A stretch of DNA of 64,000 bases from Podarcis gaigeae (Eukaryota), in NCBI GenBank assembly GCA_964106915.2, contig OZ066924.1; one strand, given 5' to 3'. The number at the start of each line of letters is the position of its first letter. Position 1 is the first letter of the stretch. Both the position numbers and the translations under genes were made by a program. The notes beneath the pieces were generated by a model. It was not told where the DNA came from, did not search any database, and was given only the letters and a program-made list of their open reading frames with translations. Positions 49,901-62,543 of the stretch are shown in pieces.

Positions 49901-51109
49901 CTGGTTCCTCTAGTCTTATATCCCATCTCTGGCAAAGACTAGCTACAGCCATCTAATTTTTCTATAATATCTCAATTTTCCTGATCTATGACTTCTGTTC
50001 AATTTTACCATCCTGAGTGACCCCAGAATCTCCTGCTCTTCTCCACAACATCATTTCCCCTTTTATCCGCATGTTGTAATGTTGTCCCAAAACATCTGGT
50101 GGGACCACAACCCCTGTCTCTGCCTTCAATTTTCCCATGAAGCCGCCTTGTCTATGAGCAGAAGAAGAAAGGCTTGCCAAGATTAAGTTTCGGAAGAATT
50201 TGTGATTTGCTTTCCTCATCAGAGCATTCTAGAAATTTATTCTTGAGAAATACAGAAGCTTAAGATGACGGTATCTAAATTGCGATAGTGTGACTGCTTG
50301 TTTGGAATGTGGGTGACTTTCATTCTAAACCTTGGCCCATCCTTGGACTCCCACGGCATTCTTTGCCAAATTGCTCTCTCTGAACCTCAATGATCCATAA
50401 AATGAGAATAATAATTCTACCTACATCAGTCACAGGGATGAAACGAGACATCACACCAAGGGTGTAAAAACATGGCATATGTGAATTCACTGATGTCCAC
50501 AGAATGGATATCCCTGTATTAAACATTTGTGCTAATATCACTTGTGTGCTATGCTGACGGTCTAATGTTTTGCGTGGTTGCACTTGTGTAGGAGTTGTTG
50601 TTTGCTAGCACAGCAAATCCTGGGCTGCATAAAAGAGGGATGAACATAATGGGTCTTTTAAATGTCTTTCCGAAGCAGCCAAGCATTTACAACTCCATAA
50701 ATAGTTAAATGTGAGTAGGGAAGAAAGGGTAAGAAGAGATGAGTGGAAGACAAGTAATGCAGGGTGAACAATGCGGTCTTGAATTTTCGGATGAGCATAG
50801 AATGGCACATGCATTAGTGTGGGAAAGCAATGAGACATCTTGCCACCTCAGATCTAAGGTTTCACAAAGGCAATCTTTTTACGGTGCACAGGAAGTGATT
50901 TCTCCCTGTGCTTTATGGCAACATTGGTGATGGTCTTACAGCAGTTGTGTAAAACTGTACAAAGGCAGTAGAGGAGACAGGAGACTTGCTGCAATTCGAA
51001 TTGCCTCCTGATGTAAACATGGGTCTTGTTATTTATCCCCATACAAATATAATGTGCAAGTCCTAGGTCTCAAGAATGGAAACAGATTTATTATTTATTT
51101 GCTTTATTA

Positions 51110-51458
51110 AGGTAAAGGGACCCCTGACCATTAGGTCCAGTTGTGGCCGACTCTGGGGTTGTGGCGCTCATCTCGCTTTATTGGCCGAGGGAGCCGGCAT
51201 ACAACTTCCGGGTCATGTGGCCAGCATGACTAAGCTGCTTCTGGCGAACCAGAGCAGCACACGGAAATGCCATTTACCTTCCCGCCAGAGCGGTACCTAT
51301 TTATCTACTTGCACTTTGATGTGCTTTCAAACTGCTAGGTTGGCAGGAGCAGGGGCCGAGCAACGGGAGCTCACCCCGTCGCGGGGATTCGAACCTCTGA
51401 CCTTCTGATCGGCAAGTCCCAGGCTCTGTGGTTTAACCCACAGTGCCACCCACGTCCC
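51110..51458 (-). mobile_element. Sauria SINE
   Basis: Full length; TSD ATTTGCTTTATTA at 51097-51109 and 51459-51471. Confidence 0.92.
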
Positions 51459-51693
51459 ATTTGCTTTATTATTATTTATTAAATTTGTATACTGCCCTAT
51501 ACTCACAGGCCACAGGGTGGTTCACAGGAATTGTTTTGCAAGAAGAAGAAGAAGAAGAGGAAGAAGAAGAAGAAGAAACTGTGTAGAATATTTTGATGCT
51601 CTCAGAAGAGCTGCAGCAGTGGCAAGGAAAGATGTTTCGCTCTCCACAGCCTTCTATCAATTGAGCACTCCAGCTCCCTTTTGTCTCTTGTAA

Positions 51694-51942
51694 TACTACT
51701 ACTACTACTACTACTTTTATTTATACCCCGCCCTCCCCGGCCAGAGCCAGGCTCAGGGCAGCTAACACCAGTAAAATTACAATAAAAACATAATAGGGGA
51801 AAAAACAATTTAAAATACAGGTTAAAAATACAATTTAAAATGTAGCCTCATTGTAATAATAGCCCATAGATCAAAACCATAAGGGGAGGGAAACATAAGG
51901 GTCAGACTGAGTCCAAACCAAAGGCCAGACGGAAGAGCTCTT
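51694..51942 (-). mobile_element. L2-type 3' tail with (TAG)n microsatellite
   Basis: (act)n-ttttatttataccccgccctcccc...ctcagggcagctaac terminal motif. Confidence 0.55.
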
Positions 51943-53090
51943 TGTAGCAGTGTGGGAAGGAAAAAAAAACCCTTCTCTCCCTTTGGCATGAGGATGGAAG
52001 TACCCGGAGTAACCACATCCTCATCTCCTCCCTGCTCACAGTGCACAGAGGGAGGATGCCAGAGAAGAAGAGAGAGGAGAAGCTCTGGGCAAAAGCACTG
52101 TCTGTCTCTTGAAAGCAGCAGTAGTGATGTAGAAAAGAATGTCCCTTTTTTCACCTGAGGAATGTTGGAGGGTATGAAATGGTATAATAGTGATATAAAG
52201 GTATAATGTGATTGTGGCCAAAACCACTCACCTGTCACTGAACTAAACAGGTCTCTTTATCTGTCTATCCTTTATCCACCCACACAGATGCACCCTTTAA
52301 AATAGGTTAAAACTCATCATTGGGGCATGGGGAATTGTGTCTCAGTGGAACTGTCTAATAGGTGCTAGTAGCACAAAAAGCAGGACTGGTCACTGCCAGA
52401 GATGGGACAAACCAGTGACGTAGCCCAGCAACGTTCCTCTAACGTAACATAGATGGTTATGCTAATACACCTCAGCCGAATTGTTGAAGGACAATATTCA
52501 CTGTTAGTTTTTTGAAAATGGAAAGATTAAAAATGGACTTTTTCAACCATAAAGTTATTAATTGGTCTGTCTTGTAAAAAATGATGCTTCTACAAGCTCA
52601 TTAATGTCAAACACAAGATTTGTTGCTTTTGTGTAGTAAAAACTAGTCAGTTGTGGCAGCGTGGGTGTACAAATGAATGATATTAAGTGATCAGAATTGC
52701 ACAAAACACACCATCTGTATGTGTCCCGTTGGTCCGCATCTGGTGATATTTTGAGTAGTAAATAATGCTACTTACCCTTATAAGAGAGTCATAGGATTGT
52801 AGAGTTTAATAGCATCAAGTCTCATTCTGTTCCTCCACCCTAAAGTTTAGAGCTTGTATTTTCAACCTTCACCACCCTCTGTGCCCTCCAGACATTTTGG
52901 GCAACAAATCCCATCAGCCACCATGGTTATTGACTGGGGCTGATGGGAGTTGTAGTCCAAATCTTCTGGATGGTACCAGGTTGGTGACAGCTGCCCCAAG
53001 GGCACAGCCGTGGGATATGTTCCTGGTCTGGCTGATATCCTAAAGTGTTTGAGAGGGGGTGTGAATCACTCAGCATGGGCAGGTGAGAAG

Positions 53091-53612
53091 CATAGCTGTC
53101 AATTTACAGATTTGAAAATAAGGGACCAGCAGCCTCGAAAATAAGGGATCAGCAGCCAAAATAATGGATTTCCCCAGCACAGGTATGTTCGACTTCTGAG
53201 CCCCTCCGAGCCAAAGGCAGAAAGCCCAGCCAGCAGCCAAACGAAGCCTCAAGCGGTGGTTCCCACAGCGCAGCAACCCGGCAAAGGGGATGCAGCAAGG
53301 AAAAGCACCATCACCTCTCCGCTGGGAAGTGCTGAGCGAAGGCGAGTCCCCAGGCAACGCGGCCGATTTGATCGGCACAAGGTATGCAAGCTCCACCCCC
53401 CAGTCGTTCTTAGACTTCTTATTGGGTGAGCAACGCAGCCAAGCAACACAGTTGGAGCCTCCCTGCTCCCTGGCTGGCAGGGAGGGAGGGAGAGGAGCTG
53501 CTTCCTTTGAAACCCGGGAAATTTAAGGGACATCATCAATAAGGGACAGCAACAAGACATGGCGCTGGGATAAGGGACTGTCCTGCCAAATAAGGGACGC
53601 TTGACAGCTATG
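53091..53612. mobile_element. hAT non-autonomous element
   Basis: Perfect 12-bp TIR CATAGCTGTCAA/TTGACAGCTATG, 8-bp TSD GTGAGAAG/GTGTGAAG, and repeated AATAAGGGA subterminal motifs. Confidence 0.88.
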
Positions 53613-54346
53613 GTGTGAAGGAGCAGCTGGACCTGCCCACCTGAAGCTGTTTTGTAAAAGCTGCATTTCTTCTGCCTGATGAGGCTTTGTGACTTGGGAT
53701 CAAAAATGGCTTTGGAAATGTTGTGGGATAGGAAAGCATGCTTTAAACACCTCCCTGTTCCACTGTTTGATGCTTTATAGGTAATATTGGAAATGAGTAA
53801 AGGCACGTGCTCCTCCGAACTGCCCAGTAGCCTTTTGTTACAGAGGGGCTATAAATGCAGAAAGCAAATAATAAATAATTATGCATATTAAAAACCTGAC
53901 TTTCAACACAGTAGGGGGCATGTCTGAAGCTGCACCAAGCAATACTATAAAGTGAGAGGTGCTTAATTAACAGATGCTGAGTTAATGTCCTAATTGACCT
54001 GCTCTGGTTTTATACAGTCTATTTGTGTTGGCGCTAGAGACCTGGTGGGCAGCCTCCACCTGCTTTTTCTCAACCTGCCCAAGGCCATATTGTAAGGAGG
54101 ATGAAATCATGCTCTACAAATAGGTTTCTTCTTAAAATGACCCTGAGCCAAAATTCAACAACAGTTGGAAGGCTCATGTTATTTCACCGATATTTGATTT
54201 TAGCAATCTGTTCAGTCTAGCAAGTGTCCAGATCACAGGAAGTAATCATACCACTCTTTTCTGCCTTGGTCAGACCACAGCTGGAGGACTGTGGCACCAG
54301 AGTTTAAGAAGGATATTGAATGTGCAGAGGAAAGGTGACCAAGATG

Positions 54347-54515
54347 CAGTGGCGTAGCATGGGTTGTCAGCACCCTGGGCAAGGCAAGTAATTTGCACCC
54401 CCTAACCCGTGGATTTGCGCGGCCTAATCCGTGGATTTGCGCCCCCTAACCCTACCCCCCAGATGTTGCGCCCAGTGCGCCCGGCCCCCCCTGCACCCCC
54501 CACGCTACGCCACTG
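54347..54515. mobile_element. hAT MITE
   Basis: Perfect TIR CAGTGGCGTAGC/GCTACGCCACTG and perfect 8-bp TSD CCAAGATG. Confidence 0.93.
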
Positions 54516-54728
54516 CCAAGATGATAAAGGGTTTGAAAACCAAGCCTTCTGTGCAAATGGTTGGGTATGTTTAGCCTGGAGAATAGGAGTTTGAGAGATG
54601 ATATAATAGCCGTCCTCAAAAATCTGAGGGGCTGTAACATGGACGATGTTGTAACTTTTCCACTGATCCATAGGGTAGAGCCTGAACCAATGAATTCAAC
54701 TTACAAGAAAGGAGATTCTGACTAAATA

Positions 54729-54969
54729 CAGTGGTACCTCGGGTTAAGTACTTAATTTGTTCCGGAGGTCCATTCTTAACCTGAAACTGTTCTTAACCTG
54801 AAGCACCACTTTAGCTAATGGGGCCTCCCGCTGCCGCCATGCCACCAGAGCACGATTTCTGTTCTCATCCTGAAGCAAAGTTCTTAACCCGAGGTACTAT
54901 TCTGGGTAAGCGGAGTCTGTAATCTGAAGTGTCTGTAACCTGAAGCTTATGTAACCCGAGGTACCACTG
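54729..54969. mobile_element. Tc1/mariner MITE
   Basis: TA|CAGTGGTACCTCGGGTTA...TAACCCGAGGTACCACTG|TA; inverted sister copy at 61778-62014. Confidence 0.92.
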
Positions 54970-55040
54970 TATCAGGAAGAACTTTCTGATAGTAAAAGCT
55001 GTTTGACAGTGGAATGGCGTACCTTGGAAGGTGGTGGATT

Positions 55041-55443
55041 CTCTTCATCCATTGTCTTGTGGGACATCTTGGGGGGAAGAAATGGCTCAGGAGTAAAGCC
55101 TACACAAATCTTGAATGGAGTCCCTGAGGTGGTTGGATGGGGTCTTGTTCGCCTCCTTCCAGCAACTCCTGCAGCCAAGCTGGTGCCAAATGTATTGCTC
55201 TGCTTTCCTTTGGGCCACATCAGTGAAGCTGAGGGGCAGCGGCCTTGTCATCTGGGCAGCCCAGGACCTCCATATACATTTCCCAGCCTTGCACCCTGGG
55301 GAGGTCACTTGAAGGCTGCTAATGCAGCAAAAACAATGTGGGAGGCAGCATTTATGAGTTACTGGTCTCTGCAGCCACAGCAGGCGCTGTGATTCTCCTG
55401 GAGACACACTCCATTTTCTCTCAAGGCAGACGGATGCAAACAA
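55041..55443 (-). mobile_element. Non-autonomous RTE-type retroelement
   Basis: Reverse strand starts ttgcatccgtctgccttgagagaaaatggagtgtg and contains ggcaccagc...gcaggagttgc, as recalled for RTE 5' UTRs. Flanked by gtggattctc/gtagattctc. Confidence 0.55.
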
Positions 55444-56962
55444 GAAGTAGATTCTCCTTCATTGGTGGTTTTTAAGCAAAGGGTGAATGGTCATTTGTCA
55501 GGAATTATTTGGCTGTGGTTCCTACACTGCAGAGGACTGGACGAGATGTCCCTTGGAGCGCCTTCCAACTCTACAAATCTATGAACCACTCATCCTTCAC
55601 AGAGAATATGGACAAATTGTAGAGTGATTATGGAAACAGCTCCCAGAATATGACAAGTCTGCAACAAGTATGCATGTTTGGAAATGTTATCTACTATATT
55701 GGAATTAAAATTTGGAATGCACTTAATCTTTGGTTTCATGAGATTTCCTTTATCTTTCCTCCTTCTGCTTTTTCCTTTTCTTTGTATGAATGATTCTCAT
55801 CATTCACGGATGCATTTATTTCATACAGCCTTGAGTGCCAGCTCAAAAATACAGCAGGATTGCAGGAGCTGCCTCAAAGCAGATTTTATAATCCTTCAGC
55901 TTCTATGAGAATTACAAGCCATCTGAGTACTGCAAGAGTCCCAAAGTGCTCGGGAAAGTGTTGGTGGATGAGAAAAAAGAAGAAGAAGAAAGCTCCACTC
56001 AATGCTGCCGGAAAAAATTCCTTTGAATTATTTTATTCTTGGGTCTTACTGTGTAAATCGAGCGGGCAAGAACAAGCGTGACAATGATGATGGCAAAATT
56101 GCATAGAGATAAAAGATCCACTTCTGCATTTCAGCAACCATTTGAAATGGATGAATTTATTTCAGACACTTACAGCTGAGTAAGCTGCAGGAGCCTCATG
56201 AAACAGCATTCAGGAGAACAGAGATGAATAATAGATATCCAGAAGTGTTAGCATGGCTGATGTAAATCAGCACAAACAGTATCCCATTTTTTTAAACCAC
56301 TTAGCCAACTATCTGCCATCTGTTCAGTACAGAGAATGGAATAAATGCCTTTTGATGTATGTTAATATTGTCTCCGGATCAATGAAGAAATGAAAGACAA
56401 GATAGATCTAAAACACACGGAAGGGAAACTATAGCATGGTATGTTGCCGTTGCATAATCTGAATGGTTCAAAAGGAGAAATATACCTTGGACAAATGCAG
56501 AGGTGTGTAGCTGAAGAATGCAAATTTTTCCATTAAAGTATTTCCTCCCCCAATGACGATCTCAGACTCTGAGTAATGAAGATGTTAATCTGAAGAAGAA
56601 TGAGGATAATACAAATACTAGAGAGAAAAATCAAGTATCCAGGGAAAACATACTTGTGACATTGATCTAATTATCACTAACAACTGATGCATGTGCCCAT
56701 TTCTTTAGAATGTAAGTAGGGTGTTAGGGGAGGTGTAACACCTCTGATGAGGGACATGTTGTGTTCCTTCTGGGGTATTTTGTCCACCTTTGGCTCCTAG
56801 AAGCTGTCAGCCTACGGCAGCGGCCACATCCCAGGTGAGGGTAGCCAATGGGTCTCAAACCCTTGGCGAGTTAGGGCCTTCCCCTGCATGTGGAGATAGG
56901 TTCTAGAGGATTGAGTGGACCAGACCAATAGTGGGTCCATTGGTCAAGATGGTGGTTTCTGT

Positions 56963-57452
56963 ATATGATACGATATGATACTATAATCTTCATTGCCATT
57001 GTCCCATACAGAACAACAAAATTGGAAAAATCTACATAAGACATTCAAAACCAACAAGTCTGCTATCCCAGCTATCCCAACCTGGTTAGCCCCCTAAAAA
57101 CTCTGATACCCCATTTTAAAATACAATATGCTCCCATAGAGACTCCTTACACTACGTTTAAAACCAAAATCGCATTTGGATAGAAACTGTTTCTCAGGCT
57201 GCTAGTCCTAGTCTTTATAACCCTGTACCTTCTTCCAGAAGGCAGAAGCTGAAAGAGATCATTTCTGGGGTGCACTATCTCTGCAGCTTTCTTATGGCAC
57301 CTGGAAGCATAGATTTGATCCAAGATGGGAAGAGTGCACCCAATTATTCTCTCCGCAGTCTTTACAACCCTGGACAGCATTGTTTTTTCCCCTGACCGTG
57401 CAGCTCCCAAACCACACACAGAGACCATAAGTTAATACACTCTCAACAGTAT
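56963..57452 (-). mobile_element. Rex1/Babar-clade LINE 3' fragment
   Basis: Translation LSRVVKTAERIIGCTLP...HP...LFQLLPSGRRYRVIKTRTSSLRNSFYPNAI with a short tandem tail. Confidence 0.85.
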
Positions 57453-58099
57453 TGTGCCGTAGAAGGAAGTGAGGGGCAGGTGGGACTCGTCAACCTGGGA
57501 AAGCAGCCTATCTTGGAGAAGGAAAATTCTGATCCTAAATCCAGGAAGTAAAGAACTTTTTAAACAGATACAGTCAGTGCTATTTTTCTAGAAAAAGAGG
57601 TACCAGAACTCACCATGAACCCTGAGAGGTGCCAGAATGGAGTTCCGGTGAGTTCTGGCTGAACAAAAGCCCTGCATATAGTGAACACAACAGATCATGC
57701 CAGGTCTCTTGAAGAACAGAGCAGTGTGTCTGCAACAAACTCACATTTTGAGCATGGCCCTTGTATGCAAGAAACTCAGCTTGAAGTAATGTTCTGCAGT
57801 TCTGCCCAGTTGCTTAGCAACACTCACCCCTCGTGAACCCAGTCTTCAGCCAGGGCTCTCTGGATGCTACCAGAACTGTTAATTAGCTCTGCCCCCTGAG
57901 TGGCTTCTGATATTACACCCACTAACGGCTTTAAGACCCTAAGCACAAATTAACTTAGTTAGCTCACACTTCTTGGTGTGATTCCCCTGCCACTGTGATC
58001 CCGACACAGGGGAACCACTTTCTCGTGCATAGGCTGCCCAGATCGGGGCTGTTTGCACAGAACCTATACCCATACATTCCAACAGTACTGGAGACTACA

Positions 58100-58480
58100 G
58101 GGACGCGGGTGGCACTGTGGTCTAAACCACTGAGCCTCTTTGGCTTGCCGATCGGAAGGTCGGTGGTTCGAATCCACATGACGGGGTAAGCTCCTGTTGC
58201 TTTGTCCCAGCTCCTGCCAACCTAGCAGTTCGAAAGCACACCAGTGCAAGTAGGTAAATAGGTACCACTGCAACAGGAAGGTAAACGGTGTTTCTGTGTG
58301 TTCTGGTTTCCATCACAGTGTCCCATTTCACCAGAAGCGGTTTAGTCATGCTGGCCACAAGACCTGGTAAGATGTCTGTGCACAAACGCTGGCTCCCTCA
58401 GCATGAAAGCAAGATGAGAGCCACAACCCCATAGTTGCCTTTGACTGGACTTAACCGTCCAGGGGTCCTTTACCTTTACT
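58100..58480 (+). mobile_element. Sauria SINE
   Basis: Full length; degenerate TSD actggagacta/attggggacta. Confidence 0.9.
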
Positions 58481-58660
58481 TTTTTTTTTATTGGGGACTA
58501 TGTATCTATTTTTTTCAGATACCATGTGACATTTATTTGGAGACTTAGTAGGGATGTAAACATGAATAGGTGACATGATCTTCATGCATTTGTTAATTAA
58601 TTTTTCGTTTATTTAACATAATTTGTATACCTTGTAAAGAAAACCTCTAAATAGTTTACA

Positions 58661-58978
58661 CATACCCTCCAACATTTCTCCGATGAAAATAGGGACATCC
58701 TATTTAATAACAATAACAACAACAATTTTATTATTTATACCCCACCCATCTGACTGGCTTGCCCCTGCCAGGTCTGCCTTCAGATGTCTTCTAAAGGTTG
58801 TGTAGTTCCTTATCTCCTTGACTTGGGTGTCGTATAACTCTATACCCTCCAACATTTCTCTGATGAAAATAGGGACGTCCTAAGAAAAAGCGGGACATTC
58901 TGGGATCAAATCAGAAACTAGGATGGCTTCTGTAAATGCGGGACTGTCCCTAGGAAAAAGGGACACTTGGAGGGTCTG
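58661..58978. mobile_element. Composite hAT-like MITE carrying an L2 3' fragment
   Basis: CATACCCTCCAA...TTGGAGGGTCTG with a perfect 6-bp TSD TTTACA. Confidence 0.88.
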
Positions 58979-60095
58979 TTTACAGAGAAAAGTGAAACGG
59001 TCTGAAGGACCTACTTATTCCACAGAACATTCTTAGAAGCCTGTTTCAGACTTTCCTATATTCTGAAGTGAAGTGCCTGAATGACGTGATGTTGTGGTTT
59101 ATTTATAGAGCAGTTTGGGGTCCACAGGCTCCCAAAACTGGTATAAAAAGTTAGTGATCAGTAACAGAAGAATAATAAGGAGCACCCACAAATTTCTCAG
59201 GACCATCATCAGATTGAGAGTGCAGTTTGAAAAAGCCAGGCAAACAGAGAAAGAATTCAGAAGTGTTTGTTTCTCACTTTGCCTGCACATAAACCATGTC
59301 TAGAAGTCTTCCAAATCCTTAGTATGATTTGTTAAATTTGGCTCTGACAAGATACAGACCCCACAACAGTGTTTATGTAGTAACTCTAGTTATCTTTACT
59401 ATTTGACAGCACCGTCAGCCAGGAAAATGTAAGAAAATGAAAGAGAGTGCAAACATGCATATCCAATTTGAGTACTTTGGACTGCTTCACTATTTTAACT
59501 GTACACTTCTTACACTGGCCTTAAGTTTTCCTTTACATTATTTTTTTTTAAGGGTTTGTTTATGGAGTTAGAGGGAGTCCAGAATCTCAGAGCTGTAATT
59601 GAATGTTCTGCTTTAGTTACTCTGGGTGTGGTCGAAACACTCATAAATGTAGTTTTATTTCATTAGTTTGGGGGATTAAAAATATTGATGTAAGACGATC
59701 CACACACTACCATGGATTCGCAGAGTGTGGGAAAATTCCGTTCTCTATGAATCCTTCCTGTTTTTCTTCTTGGCACACTTTCTTTGTCACATATCTCCTG
59801 ACCTTTAACATGCTGCAGCTGTGAAGGATGTCCCCGTAAGGCCACCATACAGCTGTAAACTTTAAATCCCAGGACAGTGAGATGAAGCCAGAAGTGTGAA
59901 AGCTGTAGAATAAGCCAATGGAGGTCTGCCCAAGCAAGAGAGTGTCTTGCTTATTTTCCATTTGTCTGGAGTCCACCCCGTCCACCCCCACAGATAATGT
60001 GGAGGTGGACAGAAAGTCCATAATTCATTTCAGATCTTGTTGATACTTAGCTATTCACTTGCACTATCTGCATGGTGTACAGTGTGTGTGCGTGT

Positions 60096-60129
<34 letters not shown>

Positions 60130-61065
60130 TGCTTCTCTACCATACTATTTCTGCCCTGCCCTAGCTGAATCTGTGAACTTGGGTTGAGTAACATCGTTAC
60201 AAACAATTAAATGGCCAAGCTCATCTATCTGATACATACATGCCAGAGGTACACACCCAATTGCTTCTACTTCCCCATTTGATTCATAAACATCCCATTG
60301 CAAGATGCAAGTTACATGCACACCATACATTATACATTATAAGCACTCTTAAACCACTTTACCAGTCATGGCTTCCCTTAAAGAATCCTGGGAACTGTAG
60401 TTTGATAAGGATGCTGACCTTACAGAGCTAAAGTGTTCAGCAACTTTAACAAAATACAGTTCCCAAGATTCTCCATGACTGTTAAAGAGGCAGGAGAGTG
60501 TTTGGAATGTATGGTGTGGAGATAATCCAAGTTGTTTCAATGCTACCAGAGATAATATTTCTTCCTTTTGATTTCAATGTGGAGGTTAAAGGCATGCCCA
60601 AATCTCTTCTAGTTCATTGCCATTTATGCCAAGAACTGTACATTTCAAGTAGCACAGCTTGGCATTCACATGTTGATGAATAACCCAGCTAAGACATAAG
60701 GAATCCTGGGAAAGTGGCAGGGGCTGAAAGCATATAGCATCTTTCTGAGTTCTTTGCCAATACTACTGCCACCATTTTCTTCAAGCTACTGCTCCTTAAA
60801 ATGTATTAGGCAAGCATGCTGTGGTCCAGGAAAAAGGGCTCCTAGGTTTTAGCATAACACGACAGGTGTGGCCACACTACAGGGGGCGCCACAACAATGA
60901 TGTAGAACGGAGTGCGAGAGCCTCCCTCCCCAAAATAGCATTTCATAGGGCACCGCCAAAATTTGAGAGCCCCAGTTCTGCCACTGCAGGAGCCAAAGCT
61001 CATGGAAGGCAGTCCACACCACCGAGGCCACCTGAGCCTCAAGCAACAGCAAAGGATCCAGGGGT

Positions 61066-61315
61066 AAGAAGACGAAGAAGGGTTTGGACAATATCCCGCC
61101 TTTCACTCCCCTTAAGGAGTCTCAAAGCGGCCAACAATCTCCTTTCCCTTCCTCCCCCACAACAAACACTCTGTGAGGTGAGTGAGGCTGAGAGACTTCA
61201 GAGAAAAGTGTGATTAGCCCAAGGTCACCTAACAGCTCCATGTGGAGGAGCGGAGACGCGAACCCAGTTCACCAGATTACGAGTCCACCGCTCTTAACCA
61301 CTACACCACTGGCTC
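61066..61315 (-). mobile_element. Squam2/Anolis SINE2-like element
   Basis: Homologous to 40200-40432. Confidence 0.8.
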
Positions 61316-61514
61316 TCCAAGCTATCTACTCATACCTTCATAGAGAGTGTAATCCCATTAAGAGCAGGCCACCTCCCATCCATCCTGTCTAGTGCCTCAA
61401 TCTGATCTGGATTGAGCTTCAGTTTGTTAGCTCTCATCCAGTCTGTTATCGAGGCAAGCCAATGACCTAGCACACCCACTCTCTCACTGGCAGATTTAAA
61501 AGAGAAGTAGAGTT

Positions 61515-62543
61515 CATACCCTCCAACATTTCTCCAGTGAAAATGGGGACACCCTATTCCATACCCTGCAAAATTTCTCCAATGGAAATACGGACTTCCT
61601 ACCACACCCTCCAACATTTCTCTGTTGAAACCAGGAAGTCCTGTTCCATCCTCCCCCTCCTCATTTTATTATTTATACCCAGCCCATCTGACTAGGTTGC
61701 CTGAGCCACTCTGGGTGGTTTCCAACATATATAAAAACACAATAAAACATTAAACATTTTAAAAACGCTTTCTTATACAGTGGTACCTCGGGTTACATGC
61801 GCTTCAGGTTACATACGCTTCAGGTTACAGAATCTGCTAACCCAGAAATAGTACCTCAGGTACTTTGCTTCAGGATGAGAACAGAAATTGCGCAGCAGTG
61901 GCGCAGCGGCAGTGGGAGGCCCCATTAGCTAAAGTGGTGCTTCAGGTTAAGAACAGTTTCAGGTTAAGAATGGACCTCCAGAATGAATTAAGTACTTAAC
62001 CTGAGGTACCACTGTACAGTGGTGTCTTCAGATGTCTTCTAAAGGTTGTGTAGTTACTTATCTCCTTGGCTCAGGGGTCCCATAGCTCCATACTCTCCAA
62101 CATTCCTCCAATGAAAATAGGGACGTCCTACTGTGGTCTAAACCATTGAGCCTAGGACTTGCCAATCAGAAGGTCGGCAGTTCGAATCCCCATGACGGGG
62201 TGAGCTCCCATTGTTCAGTTCCTGCTTCTGCCAACCTAGCAGTTCGAAAGCACGTCAAGGTGCAAGTAGGTAAATAGGTACCACTCCGGCGGGAAGGTAG
62301 ACAGCGTTTCCGTGCACTGCTCTGGTTTGCCAGAAGTAGCTTAGTCATGCTGGCCACATGACCCGGAAGCTGTACGCCAGCTTCCTTGGCCAATAAAGCA
62401 AGATGAGCACCGCAACCCCAGAGTCGGCCACGACTGGACCTAATGGTCAGGGGTCCCTTTACCTTTAAGGAAAAATGGGACATTCCAGGATCCAATCAGA
62501 AACTGCGATGGCCCCTGGAAACTAGGGACACCTGCAGGGTCTG
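61515..62543. mobile_element. Composite hAT-like MITE with L2 fragment, further invaded by a Tc1 MITE (61778-62014) and a Sauria SINE (62131-62467)
   Basis: Three tandem cataccctccaa units, an L2 tail, the same internal junction as the other composite copies, and the terminus gcagggtctg. Confidence 0.8.

Larger units (their letters stand above)
54225..55585 (+). mobile_element. Old CR1 3' region split by three younger insertions
   Basis: CR1 segments at about 54225-54346, 54516-54728, 54970-55040 and 55445-55585 (tail ccttccaactctacaaatctatga). Confidence 0.8.

Noticed and set aside
53249-53806. 185-aa ORF as a possible transposase
   Set aside because: Crosses the boundary of a 522-bp non-autonomous hAT element and has no DDE or BED motifs.
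60872-60892. CTCF site (ctacagggggcgcc)
   Set aside because: The 5' half of the core does not match the consensus, and it sits in a probable MITE remnant.
61515-61640. CRISPR-like repeat-spacer array (cataccctccaacatttctc units)
   Set aside because: Vertebrate context, the spacers are similar to each other, and the units are MITE terminal repeats.
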